The notes beneath the pieces were generated by a model that had not been told where the DNA came from, did not search any database, and saw nothing but the letters and a program-made list of their open reading frames with translations. From Fidelibacterota bacterium (lineage in GTDB: Bacteria; Fidelibacterota; UBA2242), in the NCBI GenBank assembly GCA_018002295.1, contig JAGNGI010000002.1:618-64617 (forward strand): a stretch of 64,000 nucleotides of DNA, read 5' to 3'. The position numbers and the translations under genes were made by a program. This document shows positions 1 to 8,968 of the stretch, piece by piece. Position 1 is the stretch's first letter. Each line of letters begins with the position of its first letter.

Positions 1-214
1 ATTTTGCCTCCTCCTTTGCTTTTTCGGGGACGGTGACGACGATGGCAAAATCCGGACAAAGACTTTCGCAAATCTTACACCCGTTGCAATTTTCCGGGTG
101 GACAACCTGGGCTGTAAACCGACCCATTTCGAGTACATTGCGGGGGCAAAATTTGACGCAAATTTCACAGGATTTGCACCACTCCGGATTTATTTGGACT
201 TCAGGTTTGGTCAA
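1..214 (-). CDS. 4Fe-4S dicluster ferredoxin (C-terminus runs off the window's 5' edge)
   Basis: My own minus-strand translation from TTG at 214 gives VQINPEWCKSCEICVKFCPRNV...HPENCNGCKICESLCPDFAIV, two CxxCxxCxxxCP motifs. An AAAGGAG-like RBS sits upstream. No stop is reached before position 1. It is not in the supplied ORF track; plus ORF 33..257 is its antisense. Confidence 0.7.
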   Translation of the reverse strand, partial: MTKPEVQINPEWCKSCEICVKFCPRNVLEMGRFTAQVVHPENCNGCKICESLCPDFAIVVTVPEKAKEEAK

Positions 215-345
215 GGCGATTCTCCTTTTTTACCTATTGAGAAAAACAACCTCATAAACTTAATAAATTAAGTCGAATTGTTACCCAGAAATCTTGAGGC
301 TGGCGGTGCTTTGATAGGCAATTCGGTTGACTGAATCAATTTGCT

Positions 346-1275
346 TCATAAACCGAGAAGTGTTAGACGCGGAGGATTGGTGCTGATTCGGGCTCGGATT
401 CCAATCGGAATTGTAAAACGCTGTTTGAGATGTCCGTAGGCACAATTGGTAACGACCGGGAAATGGGTATCTTTCAAGGCGTTACTAAGATAATCCTCCA
501 ATGTAAACGAACGTTTAGGATTCGACGGAAAACAATTGACAAACTGCCCAACAATCAATCCGGCAATCTGATCAAAAACGCCGTGCAAGCGTAAAATTTG
601 CAGTTGCTTGTCAAGCCGATAGGTTTTTTCGTCAACATCTTCGATAATCAGAATCGCGCCTTTTAAATCCGGCATAAATGTCGTACCCAGCAGAGGCGTA
701 ATTAAAGAAAGACATCCGCCGATCAAAACCCCTTCGGCGGAACCAGATTGAAACGCCTGCAATGGCTGAGCCAATGGATTAGTCAGTTCGATCGGATAAG
801 GATTACTGGTAATCATACGCCAGAGCCATTCGGCGCTAAAAGAACTGAGACTTTGTCCCAAATCAGTAGAAACCATTGGCCCGCTATACGTCACCCAACC
901 GAGTTTAGCCGCCAGAGCCATTTGCAAAATGGTAATGTCGGAATAACCAACCAATACTTTTGGTTTGATTTTCGCTAAACGCTGATAATCGAGCTGATCA
1001 ATTATCCGAATTAATCCGTAGCCGCCACGCACGCAAAAGAGAGCATCTATTTCCGGATCGCAGAGAAATTGCTCGAGATATTTTAATCGCTCGGCATCCG
1101 AACCGGCGAGGAAGAATTTTCCCCGATTTAGATTCGATGCGCTCTTAACTTTATAACCTAGATTTTGGAGATACTGTAAACCGAGCGCCGTAGTTTTGTG
1201 AGGAGCGGGGCTGGAAGGCGCTATAACGCCGATTGTCCCTCCGGTTTTTAGCGGTTCAGGAATTAAGTATGGCAT
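346..1275 (-). CDS. ldcA: LD-carboxypeptidase (peptidase S66, muramoyltetrapeptide carboxypeptidase LdcA-like)
   Basis: 309 aa. GVIAPSSP N-terminus, GYSDITIL nucleophile-Ser motif, and overall S66 architecture. Confidence 0.8.
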   Translation of the reverse strand: MPYLIPEPLKTGGTIGVIAPSSPAPHKTTALGLQYLQNLGYKVKSASNLNRGKFFLAGSDAERLKYLEQFLCDPEIDALFCVRGGYGLIRIIDQLDYQRLAKIKPKVLVGYSDITILQMALAAKLGWVTYSGPMVSTDLGQSLSSFSAEWLWRMITSNPYPIELTNPLAQPLQAFQSGSAEGVLIGGCLSLITPLLGTTFMPDLKGAILIIEDVDEKTYRLDKQLQILRLHGVFDQIAGLIVGQFVNCFPSNPKRSFTLEDYLSNALKDTHFPVVTNCAYGHLKQRFTIPIGIRARISTNPPRLTLLGL

Positions 1276-1460
1276 AAATCTCTTCCACTATTTCATCATA
1301 AAGTTGCATATCTAAAATGAAAAGCAAAAATGTTTTTTGATTTTTAAATGGGTAGAGATAAGTATTGATGTAGTAAATTTTTTTCAGCATTGGATTTTTT
1401 AACGAAATTATTCTAATTTAGTGCAAGTAAATTTGAGATTCATATCAACGTGAGGATAAA

Positions 1461-3077
1461 ATGAAATTATCACAGAAATCTATTATCAATCTGCTGACAT
1501 TTGCTTGTCTTTTGCTTCTAAATGAAACCGGCTTGACCCAGGACAAAGAGTTGATTGATAAAGTTAGTGGGCGAATGGAATATGATTTTCAACAGATGAC
1601 TGAGGAAAGTGCGGTAGGCGACGTTAACACGCTTCGGCAGTTTATTGCTGATTCACTCAAGTTTGTCTATGGAGAAAGGTACCAGCAAGAACTTGACTCT
1701 CTGGAATCAATCTATATGACCACTATTAAAACTCTGGAGACTGAGTGCACTCGCCTGAATAATTTGAATAAAATCTTAATCGACAGCCTTGAGAAAGCCC
1801 GATCTGCCAGACCGAAATCTGTCATCGAAACCAAAGACCTCGATCCCACTTTTGAATCCCGATACTTTCAGTACGGAAAAATTCTCAGGCTGGAAGAGCC
1901 CAGACATAAAACTGGTTTTTTAAAAATGGCGACCGTGATCGAAAACATAGCACCTTTTCAAATCCAAGAATTGAATGAATATTACGATAGATATTTTCCT
2001 GTTGCTCGGAGTGATTCAGTTCTCGATTTTATCATCCAAATCAATATTCGCGAAAAAGATTGGGGTAATGCCGGATGCAATATCATCAAGTTTCTTTATC
2101 TTTTCCCCAATTCAGCGCTCGGTGAGGAAATTAAAACCGTTCGGGCTGGCATCTTTCGGACGGAGAAATATTACCAACCTTATAGCGCTTTTTTAACCGA
2201 CCTGCTTAATAAGATTCCCCAATTACCGCTCGCAGACCAGCGCTATTATCATTATGTGGAATTACTCAAGGGCTTTCCTGATCAGGCTATCCGAAACAAC
2301 TCCATACCGGAAGCCTATAAATTTCTGGAGCTATATCCAAATTCCAAATACGCGGCGCAAGCCAATTTGTGGATAGCCGAAGCTCTTTTAGCTAACAACC
2401 AGCCGCACAGTGCCTATCTGACATTACAGAAAATAATGATACTTTACCCAAGTGATGAATTATATTGCCGCGCTCTGCATACCAGCGGAGTTATTCAGCA
2501 GGAACAGTTCAACGAATATAAAAACGCCGTTCAAACTTTTACTGATTTAATTAAACGCTTTCCGCAAGATACCCTGGCTGAGAATGCCCATTATCGCATC
2601 GCTAAAATCAGCGACGAGTATTTAAATGATTGGGAACGAGCCGTCGAACAATATCAGATTTATGCCGATAAATATCCGCAATCCCCGAACGCTATTCCGG
2701 CTTTAATGCGGAAAGCCAAGATTCAATCTACCCAGATGAATTTAATTGAAGAAGCCGTGCGGACCTATAAATCCATTGATGAACGCTATCCTTCCACGAC
2801 CGGCGCATTCAATGCTCTGACGGAGGCGGGCAATCTTTATATGACCAAGGGTCGCTACGATCAGGCTATTGAAATTTATATGAGTATTTTTCAGAAATAC
2901 CCGCAATCGGAAAACGCCGTCGCGGCTCTCGAAAAAGTCTACGATATTTATCAAACGAAAATCAAAGATAACGAGAAAAGCATCGAAATATTAAACTTAA
3001 TTATAAACAATTATCCGGATACCAAAGCTTCCGCCAGAGCGACTAAGCAATTAAAGAAGCTCGAGAAAGCCCGATAA
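1461..3077 (+). CDS. Secreted tetratricopeptide-repeat protein
   Basis: 538 aa with an N-terminal signal peptide (LLTFACLLLLNETGLTQ). TPR-like repeated helical units rich in Y/A/L recur through the C-terminal half. Confidence 0.6.
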   Translation: MKLSQKSIINLLTFACLLLLNETGLTQDKELIDKVSGRMEYDFQQMTEESAVGDVNTLRQFIADSLKFVYGERYQQELDSLESIYMTTIKTLETECTRLNNLNKILIDSLEKARSARPKSVIETKDLDPTFESRYFQYGKILRLEEPRHKTGFLKMATVIENIAPFQIQELNEYYDRYFPVARSDSVLDFIIQINIREKDWGNAGCNIIKFLYLFPNSALGEEIKTVRAGIFRTEKYYQPYSAFLTDLLNKIPQLPLADQRYYHYVELLKGFPDQAIRNNSIPEAYKFLELYPNSKYAAQANLWIAEALLANNQPHSAYLTLQKIMILYPSDELYCRALHTSGVIQQEQFNEYKNAVQTFTDLIKRFPQDTLAENAHYRIAKISDEYLNDWERAVEQYQIYADKYPQSPNAIPALMRKAKIQSTQMNLIEEAVRTYKSIDERYPSTTGAFNALTEAGNLYMTKGRYDQAIEIYMSIFQKYPQSENAVAALEKVYDIYQTKIKDNEKSIEILNLIINNYPDTKASARATKQLKKLEKAR

Positions 3078-3094
3078 TTTCCAATAGACTATAT

Positions 3095-5563
3095 GTGAAT
3101 TTTCCGATGGCAAGTTGCTCTAACCTCAATTTTAATAGACACCGATTTATGATAAATGGAATTATATCCATTATTGTTCTTTCTCTAACTACCACCAGTT
3201 TACCGGCTCAAACGATAACTCGTCCCAAAATCGGACTGGCTCTGAGCGGTGGCGGTGCGATGGGTTTTGGACATATAGGCACCCTAAAATTGCTCGATTC
3301 ATTGAGCATTCCGGTTGATTATATCGCTGGGACCAGTATGGGAGGAATTATCGCCGCCTTATACGCCGTCGGTTATACTGGTGCAGAAATCGAAGAAATC
3401 GCTCGAAATGTTGATTGGGCGGATTTGTTCAATGATGCACCGTCCCGACAGGCTTTACCTTATTTTCAGAAGCAGGAAGCCGATAAGTATCAATTTGAGT
3501 TAGGTATTCGCGATTTGCGGCCGGTAGATAAAGGGGGTGTGATCGCTGGCCAAAAAATTACGCTCTATATGACCCGCTTAGTTCTACCATTTTTAACCGT
3601 TAGCGACTTTGACAGTTTGATTATCCCATATCGGTGTGTTGCAGTTGATTTGACCACTGGATCGGAAGTGGTTATAGATCATGGTTCTCTGCCGATTGCG
3701 ATGCGGGCGACGATGGCGATTCCTAGTATTTTTACCCCGGTTGTGTGGGGCGATTCGCTTCTGGTTGATGGCGGATTGCTCAATAATCTGCCGGTCAATA
3801 CTGTCAGAAAAATGGGCGCTGACATCGTAATTGCTTCAACCGTCAGGAGCCCCTTTAAAACCAGGGATGAACTACGGACCACCTTGGATATCTTGTCCCA
3901 AACATCCAATATTTTGCGTGATAATAAGCTTGAAGCCGAAGCTAAAAATGCCGATTTACTAATCAACTGTCAGTTAGAAAAGTTAGGAGCGGCTGATTTT
4001 TCGACCGCTAAGGTATGCAAAATTATTGATACAGGTGAAGCCGCGGCGCATACTAGGCTCGATGAATTATTAGATTTGAAGAAAAAATATAACTTGTCAA
4101 GATATGGTCCTGAGAATATTAATGATTTGAATTCTCCAAGTGGTTACCGGGTTGCTCGACTCATCATCAAAGGTAGTCAAACCATTCCGGTTGACGTCGT
4201 TCGTTCGACTATTGGTATTAAAGTTGGCGAATTATATTCTCCGGAAACTCTAGCGGCGGGTGTTGAGCGTTTGAAATCTTTTGATAATTACATTCGTGTG
4301 AGACCGATGGTCGAAATACTCTCCGATTCTACGATTGAAATCAAAATTAATTTAGTCGAGAAGGTCAAAGCACAAATCAATAATATCGAAGTACGCGGCA
4401 ATGAATATTTAACGGATGATTTTATTCGGCGTAGTTTTGGAATTATCCCCGGTGAGGTTTTTTCGATGGAACGTATCGAGTCGCAGATTAATTATCTATA
4501 TGGTCTGGATTATTTTAATAATATCAGCTATACTACGGAACCAGCCGGGGAAGGTAAGATCAATCTAATACTGAATGTCGTCGAGCATACACCTCAGAAA
4601 CTGCGCCTTGGGGTGCGATATGATGACTTCCATTATTTGGTAGCGGCGCTGAATTTCCAGACAACTTCAAATATAGTTCATGGATTAAGGCTCGATGTCG
4701 AATGGCAGTTCATTGGACTGAATCAGATTAAGCTCAAAACGCTTTATCCCTCGCGGCGCTTCCAACTGCCTTTTTATCCATTTGTCAACGCCCATTATCG
4801 CGAAATTCCAACCTATGTCTATAGCATTAACGGCAATAGAATCGCATCATATATTGACCGTTCAGCGCTCTTCGGTGGCGGTTTCGGTTTGCTTTATAAA
4901 AATTACTGGAATTTCGAAGCGGAGCTGGATTACGAATCAATTAATATCAAACCGGATATCGCACCGGATGAACCGTTGCGATTTTATGATTGGAATGATG
5001 ACCTATATAAATTTCAGTTGTCTTCTAACATTGATCTTCTGGATAATGCATTTATGCCGCGCAAAGGCGCTTTGGTTCATTGCGTTTACGAAAAGACAAT
5101 CTCCCAAATTGGTCGGCATACCAACTATCGGCGTTTTGAACTTTCAGCCGACGTATATCAGTCCATCAAACGCAACACTTTGCATTTTTCAGGTTTTTAC
5201 GGGAATGCTAAGATGGACGGTTCTACCAACCGTTTTATTTATCGCGGTGGGCCAGAAACTTTTGTAGGAGTCGAATATGATCAACTGGTTGGTTCTGAAA
5301 TGACTATACTGCGTTTGGATTATGCCTACAACCTATTGCATAATTTGCAAGCTAAAGCAATTGTCAATACGGCGATTGGTTTCCGCAATATTTACCACGA
5401 AACCATAAAAGAGTCTCAGAATCTATTGGGTTACGGTATCGGTCTGAAGTATGTCTCGCCCCTTGGACCATTCGATTTAGTGCTGGGTTGGGGCGACAAG
5501 AGTGTTTTCCAGCCTGGAGAAATCAGGGCGGTGGTCTATTTTAGAGCTGGATTCTTATTCTGA
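3095..5563 (+). CDS. Patatin-like phospholipase fused to POTRA + Omp85/BamA-type beta-barrel (PlpD-like type Vd autotransporter)
   Basis: Patatin motifs are present: GxGxxG (LSGGGAMGFG), the GTSMGG serine hydrolase motif and the DGG dyad Asp. A POTRA-like segment follows. The C-terminal barrel ends in an aromatic residue (...RAGFLF). The true start may be the internal Met at about 3149, which gives a cleaner signal peptide. Confidence 0.8.
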   Translation: MNFPMASCSNLNFNRHRFMINGIISIIVLSLTTTSLPAQTITRPKIGLALSGGGAMGFGHIGTLKLLDSLSIPVDYIAGTSMGGIIAALYAVGYTGAEIEEIARNVDWADLFNDAPSRQALPYFQKQEADKYQFELGIRDLRPVDKGGVIAGQKITLYMTRLVLPFLTVSDFDSLIIPYRCVAVDLTTGSEVVIDHGSLPIAMRATMAIPSIFTPVVWGDSLLVDGGLLNNLPVNTVRKMGADIVIASTVRSPFKTRDELRTTLDILSQTSNILRDNKLEAEAKNADLLINCQLEKLGAADFSTAKVCKIIDTGEAAAHTRLDELLDLKKKYNLSRYGPENINDLNSPSGYRVARLIIKGSQTIPVDVVRSTIGIKVGELYSPETLAAGVERLKSFDNYIRVRPMVEILSDSTIEIKINLVEKVKAQINNIEVRGNEYLTDDFIRRSFGIIPGEVFSMERIESQINYLYGLDYFNNISYTTEPAGEGKINLILNVVEHTPQKLRLGVRYDDFHYLVAALNFQTTSNIVHGLRLDVEWQFIGLNQIKLKTLYPSRRFQLPFYPFVNAHYREIPTYVYSINGNRIASYIDRSALFGGGFGLLYKNYWNFEAELDYESINIKPDIAPDEPLRFYDWNDDLYKFQLSSNIDLLDNAFMPRKGALVHCVYEKTISQIGRHTNYRRFELSADVYQSIKRNTLHFSGFYGNAKMDGSTNRFIYRGGPETFVGVEYDQLVGSEMTILRLDYAYNLLHNLQAKAIVNTAIGFRNIYHETIKESQNLLGYGIGLKYVSPLGPFDLVLGWGDKSVFQPGEIRAVVYFRAGFLF

Positions 5564-5630
5564 TAGGGAACTGGATTTCAGTTTCTCGAATCTCGTAAAA
5601 AAATAATCGCCAAATAGCTCAGATAGAAAA

Positions 5631-6623
5631 CTATTTATCGAAATGTTTGTGACATTGGCGGCAATATTTGCCGGAATTTTGGACTAGAAGCCTTTGCTCG
5701 TGACGTTTTAGGTAACGCAAATAAGCGTTACCGGTGACTACTCCGCAATGGGGACAGATATGACTAACGGTGCGTTTACGGTCACCAGGACGGATAGTGT
5801 CTCGCAGGATAACGTTATTTCGGCTGATTATCTGGCGATCCTTGGCTGAAAATTCCTCCGGTCCGGCAACCTGTCCGTCAATATCAAGAAAAGCTAAATT
5901 CATCCTAGCTCCACAACGCCAACAAACCGCTGGCAGAATGTAGAGCGATTTCTCAAAAAGCGGAGCACCGCATTCCGGACAGCGCCTACGTGGACAATGG
6001 ATGATCAAATCCGGATTAATCGTTGGGCAAGTAGCCATTTCTTCCATTTCTTCACCGGAGCGAATTCGGAAAATCAATAGCGGAATTTGTTTCCGGCTAA
6101 CGAAAATTAAAACTTTTTCGTCCGGTGGATGCGCCACGACGATTTCGATCAAAGCCGTCGGTGCATCGTGCTGGTCAACCAGACAAAGATCCGGGCGGCA
6201 GTCATCAAATGCTTCTTCGCTAACTACCGTCTGCACATTTTCAAAGAAATTGAAGGAATGCTGATCACCACAAAGTTGGCATTTCCAACGCAAAACGAGA
6301 GCCACTTTTCGTTTCAATAAAGTCTGAAGTTTTTCGAACAATAGGCGCTTGGCAAGGTAATGCAGAACAGTTTCGGCATTACAAACTGCGTCGGGGTAAT
6401 GGGCAAAGTGATGTCGTTTATGTGCCCCTTTGCGCGCGATAACCGGCTGATGGCAAACCGGACAGGAACAGCCGCAAGCCAGTCCTTTTTCGACCTGGGA
6501 GATATGTCTTATAAAACCATCTTTTTCCGCATAGGGAATTTTTATGGTTCCGGGAAGTTTTTTACCGTTCTCATCCGCTATATAAAATCCAGCGGCAATG
6601 GTTTTTATCTGTGTGAGATCCAT
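5631..6623 (-). CDS. CoiA-like family protein with multiple C-terminal zinc-ribbon Cys pairs
   Basis: The CoiA-type signature CP-x-C...G..K..HFAH.....C..E...H...K is present (CSCPVCHQPVIARKGAHKRHHFAHYPDAVCNAETVLHYLAK). At least four more CxxC pairs follow in the C-terminal half. Confidence 0.5.
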   Translation of the reverse strand: MDLTQIKTIAAGFYIADENGKKLPGTIKIPYAEKDGFIRHISQVEKGLACGCSCPVCHQPVIARKGAHKRHHFAHYPDAVCNAETVLHYLAKRLLFEKLQTLLKRKVALVLRWKCQLCGDQHSFNFFENVQTVVSEEAFDDCRPDLCLVDQHDAPTALIEIVVAHPPDEKVLIFVSRKQIPLLIFRIRSGEEMEEMATCPTINPDLIIHCPRRRCPECGAPLFEKSLYILPAVCWRCGARMNLAFLDIDGQVAGPEEFSAKDRQIISRNNVILRDTIRPGDRKRTVSHICPHCGVVTGNAYLRYLKRHEQRLLVQNSGKYCRQCHKHFDK

Positions 6624-6685
6624 CTATCGCAACCAGTTATTTTCATTACTAAATATTAAAATAATAGCGAATTAAATGAAAGAGT

Positions 6686-8902
6686 TTATCGAGCCGGATT
6701 AAAACGCCGCAGGTTTAGTGAAAGACTGATGACGGTCACGGAACTAAGTGCCATAGCTAGTCCACCAAGTTCTGGTCGAAAAGTAATACCAAACAGCGGA
6801 TAAAGCGCCCCCGCCGCAACCGGCACTAAAGCCGCATTATAGGCAAAAGCCCAGAAAAGATTCTGGCGAATGCGAGTCATAACTTTGCGACTGAGTTGCA
6901 GAGCCGCACTGACGTCATTCAAATCATTCCTGACCAGAACAATATCGCCGCTTTCGAGGGCTACATCACTACCTGAACCAATTGCAATCCCGATATCGGC
7001 TTGTGCCAGCGCCACGGCATCGTTGATGCCATCGCCAACGAATGCCACGACTTCGCCTTTTCCCTGCATCTGACGAATGACGGCGGCTTTGTCCTGCGGC
7101 AGGACTTCTGCCAGCACGGTTTCGATTCCAACTTGCGCCGCGATGGCTTGCGCAGTGCGACGATTATCGCCAGTTATCATAGCGATTTTCAGGTTATCTT
7201 TACATAATTTTTCGATTGCGGAAGCGGCGGTATCTTTCAATGTATCGGCAATAGCGATAACGCCGACTGCTTGCCCGTCAATTGCTACAAAAACTATTGA
7301 TTTTCCCTCGCCGGTGTATTTCTTAGCAGGCACTAAAATATCCGGTGAAATTGTGATTTTATTTTCCTGAAAAAATAATTCGGTGCCGCTGAAAATTACG
7401 CGATTATCAACATAAGCTGTAACGCCGCGACCGCCGAAAGCCGCAAATTTTGCCGATACTGGAATTGCAATTCCCAGTTCCTTGGCATAATTCACAATCG
7501 CCGTGCTGAGCGGATGCTCGGAATTTTTCTCGACCGCGGCCGCGAAGCGCAGTAATTCTGCGGTAGAAATCCCGACGGGAAAAATGTCAGTCACCAACGG
7601 TTTGCCGGTTGTCAATGTGCCAGTTTTATCGAAAACGACTGTGGTGACTCGCGGTGCTACTTCCAGAGCAGTTCCATTTTTAATTAAAATACCAAGTTCG
7701 GCGCCACGCCCGATGCCGACTGTTACGGCGGTGGGAGTCGCTAGTCCGAGTGCGCAGGGACAAGCAATTACCAGCACTGAAATAAACGCTGTAAGCGCGA
7801 AAAGCAATGTCTGCTCAGCAACAAAATACCAGAACCCAAAAGACAATATGGCAATGGCTAAAATCACAGGAATGAAGTAACTGACCGCCACATCCGCCAG
7901 TCGTTGAACCGGCGGGCGACTGCCCTGAGCTTGTTCAACCAGACGAATAATTTGCGCCAGAACCGTATCACGCCCGATTCGTTCGGCTCGAATGTGTAGA
8001 ATGCCGTTCTGATTCAGCGTTCCACCAACGACCTTGGCGCCGGTCTGCTTGAAAACCGGCAGGGATTCACCGGTCAACATAGATTCATCAATATAGCTTT
8101 CACCGCTAATTACAACTCCATCCACGGGTACGCGACCGCCGGGCTTGACAATCACTATGTCGTCAATTACAACCGATTCCAACGGAATTTCGCTTTCGAC
8201 ACCATCACGTATAACGATGGCGGTCTGGGGTTGAAGCCCGATCAAGCGTTTGATCGCGGCGGTCGTTTTACCTTTGGCGCGGGCTTCCAGGTAGCGCCCG
8301 AGCGTTAGAAATGTTGCCAGGAAAATAGCCGTTTCAAAAAACATAAATTCGCGTGTCAAAACAATTTCGAAAGTTCCCAGTAGGCTGGCTAGAAAAGCGA
8401 CCCCGATACCCATCGCATACATCACATCCATATTCAAACTGTGGTTACGAAGCGCCTGCCCCGCCGCACGGAAAATCGGATAACTCAGGTAGATGAAGAC
8501 CGGAGTGGCTAGCGCCAGCATCAAATAGGCAATTGGAAACGGCAGGCTAATTTTGATGAACATTGGAATCATTAAAATTACGCCGGTAATGAAACCAATA
8601 ATTATACGTCGCTTCCTATAACGCAATTCACGGTTCAATGCCTGTTCTGGCTCGATTAGATTTTCCTCGCCTTCCCGACCGAGATATTGATAACCGGCAG
8701 ATTCAATCGCCCTTTTAGCGGCTTCGATCGAAAAATGTCCATTATCAAATTCTAAGTAAGCTTTCTCATTGGCAAGGTTGACGTTTACCGCGCGGACACC
8801 AGCTACTTTGCCGAGAGCCTCTTCGACGGTTTTGACGCATATCGCACAGTGCATTCCCCCGATTTTAATAATAACCTGATTTATATTGTCGTTTGGTTTC
8901 AT
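6686..8902 (-). CDS. copA: Copper-translocating P1B-type ATPase
   Basis: N-terminal HMA domain (GMHCAICV). CPC transmembrane metal site (IACPCALG). DKTGTLT phosphorylation motif. SEHPL and GDGINDA motifs. Confidence 0.9.
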   Translation of the reverse strand: MKPNDNINQVIIKIGGMHCAICVKTVEEALGKVAGVRAVNVNLANEKAYLEFDNGHFSIEAAKRAIESAGYQYLGREGEENLIEPEQALNRELRYRKRRIIIGFITGVILMIPMFIKISLPFPIAYLMLALATPVFIYLSYPIFRAAGQALRNHSLNMDVMYAMGIGVAFLASLLGTFEIVLTREFMFFETAIFLATFLTLGRYLEARAKGKTTAAIKRLIGLQPQTAIVIRDGVESEIPLESVVIDDIVIVKPGGRVPVDGVVISGESYIDESMLTGESLPVFKQTGAKVVGGTLNQNGILHIRAERIGRDTVLAQIIRLVEQAQGSRPPVQRLADVAVSYFIPVILAIAILSFGFWYFVAEQTLLFALTAFISVLVIACPCALGLATPTAVTVGIGRGAELGILIKNGTALEVAPRVTTVVFDKTGTLTTGKPLVTDIFPVGISTAELLRFAAAVEKNSEHPLSTAIVNYAKELGIAIPVSAKFAAFGGRGVTAYVDNRVIFSGTELFFQENKITISPDILVPAKKYTGEGKSIVFVAIDGQAVGVIAIADTLKDTAASAIEKLCKDNLKIAMITGDNRRTAQAIAAQVGIETVLAEVLPQDKAAVIRQMQGKGEVVAFVGDGINDAVALAQADIGIAIGSGSDVALESGDIVLVRNDLNDVSAALQLSRKVMTRIRQNLFWAFAYNAALVPVAAGALYPLFGITFRPELGGLAMALSSVTVISLSLNLRRFNPAR

Positions 8903-8968
8903 AATAAATTAACTCTCAGTTTTAATCATCAAAGTCTTTGATAAACGGAGAAGAGATTAGTTACCCGC

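Noticed and set aside
33-257. Track ORF 33..257 (+), 74 aa
   Set aside because: It lies antisense to a much better minus-strand 4Fe-4S ferredoxin reading frame with two CxxCxxCxxxCP motifs and an RBS. The plus ORF has no recognisable features.
6001-8000. Multiple 60-125-aa plus-strand ORFs inside the CoiA-like and copA genes (e.g. 6360..6659, 7077..7370, 7503..7880)
   Set aside because: They are antisense shadows of long, well-supported minus-strand genes, with Ala/Ser/Thr-rich translations typical of the reverse frame of GC-biased codons.
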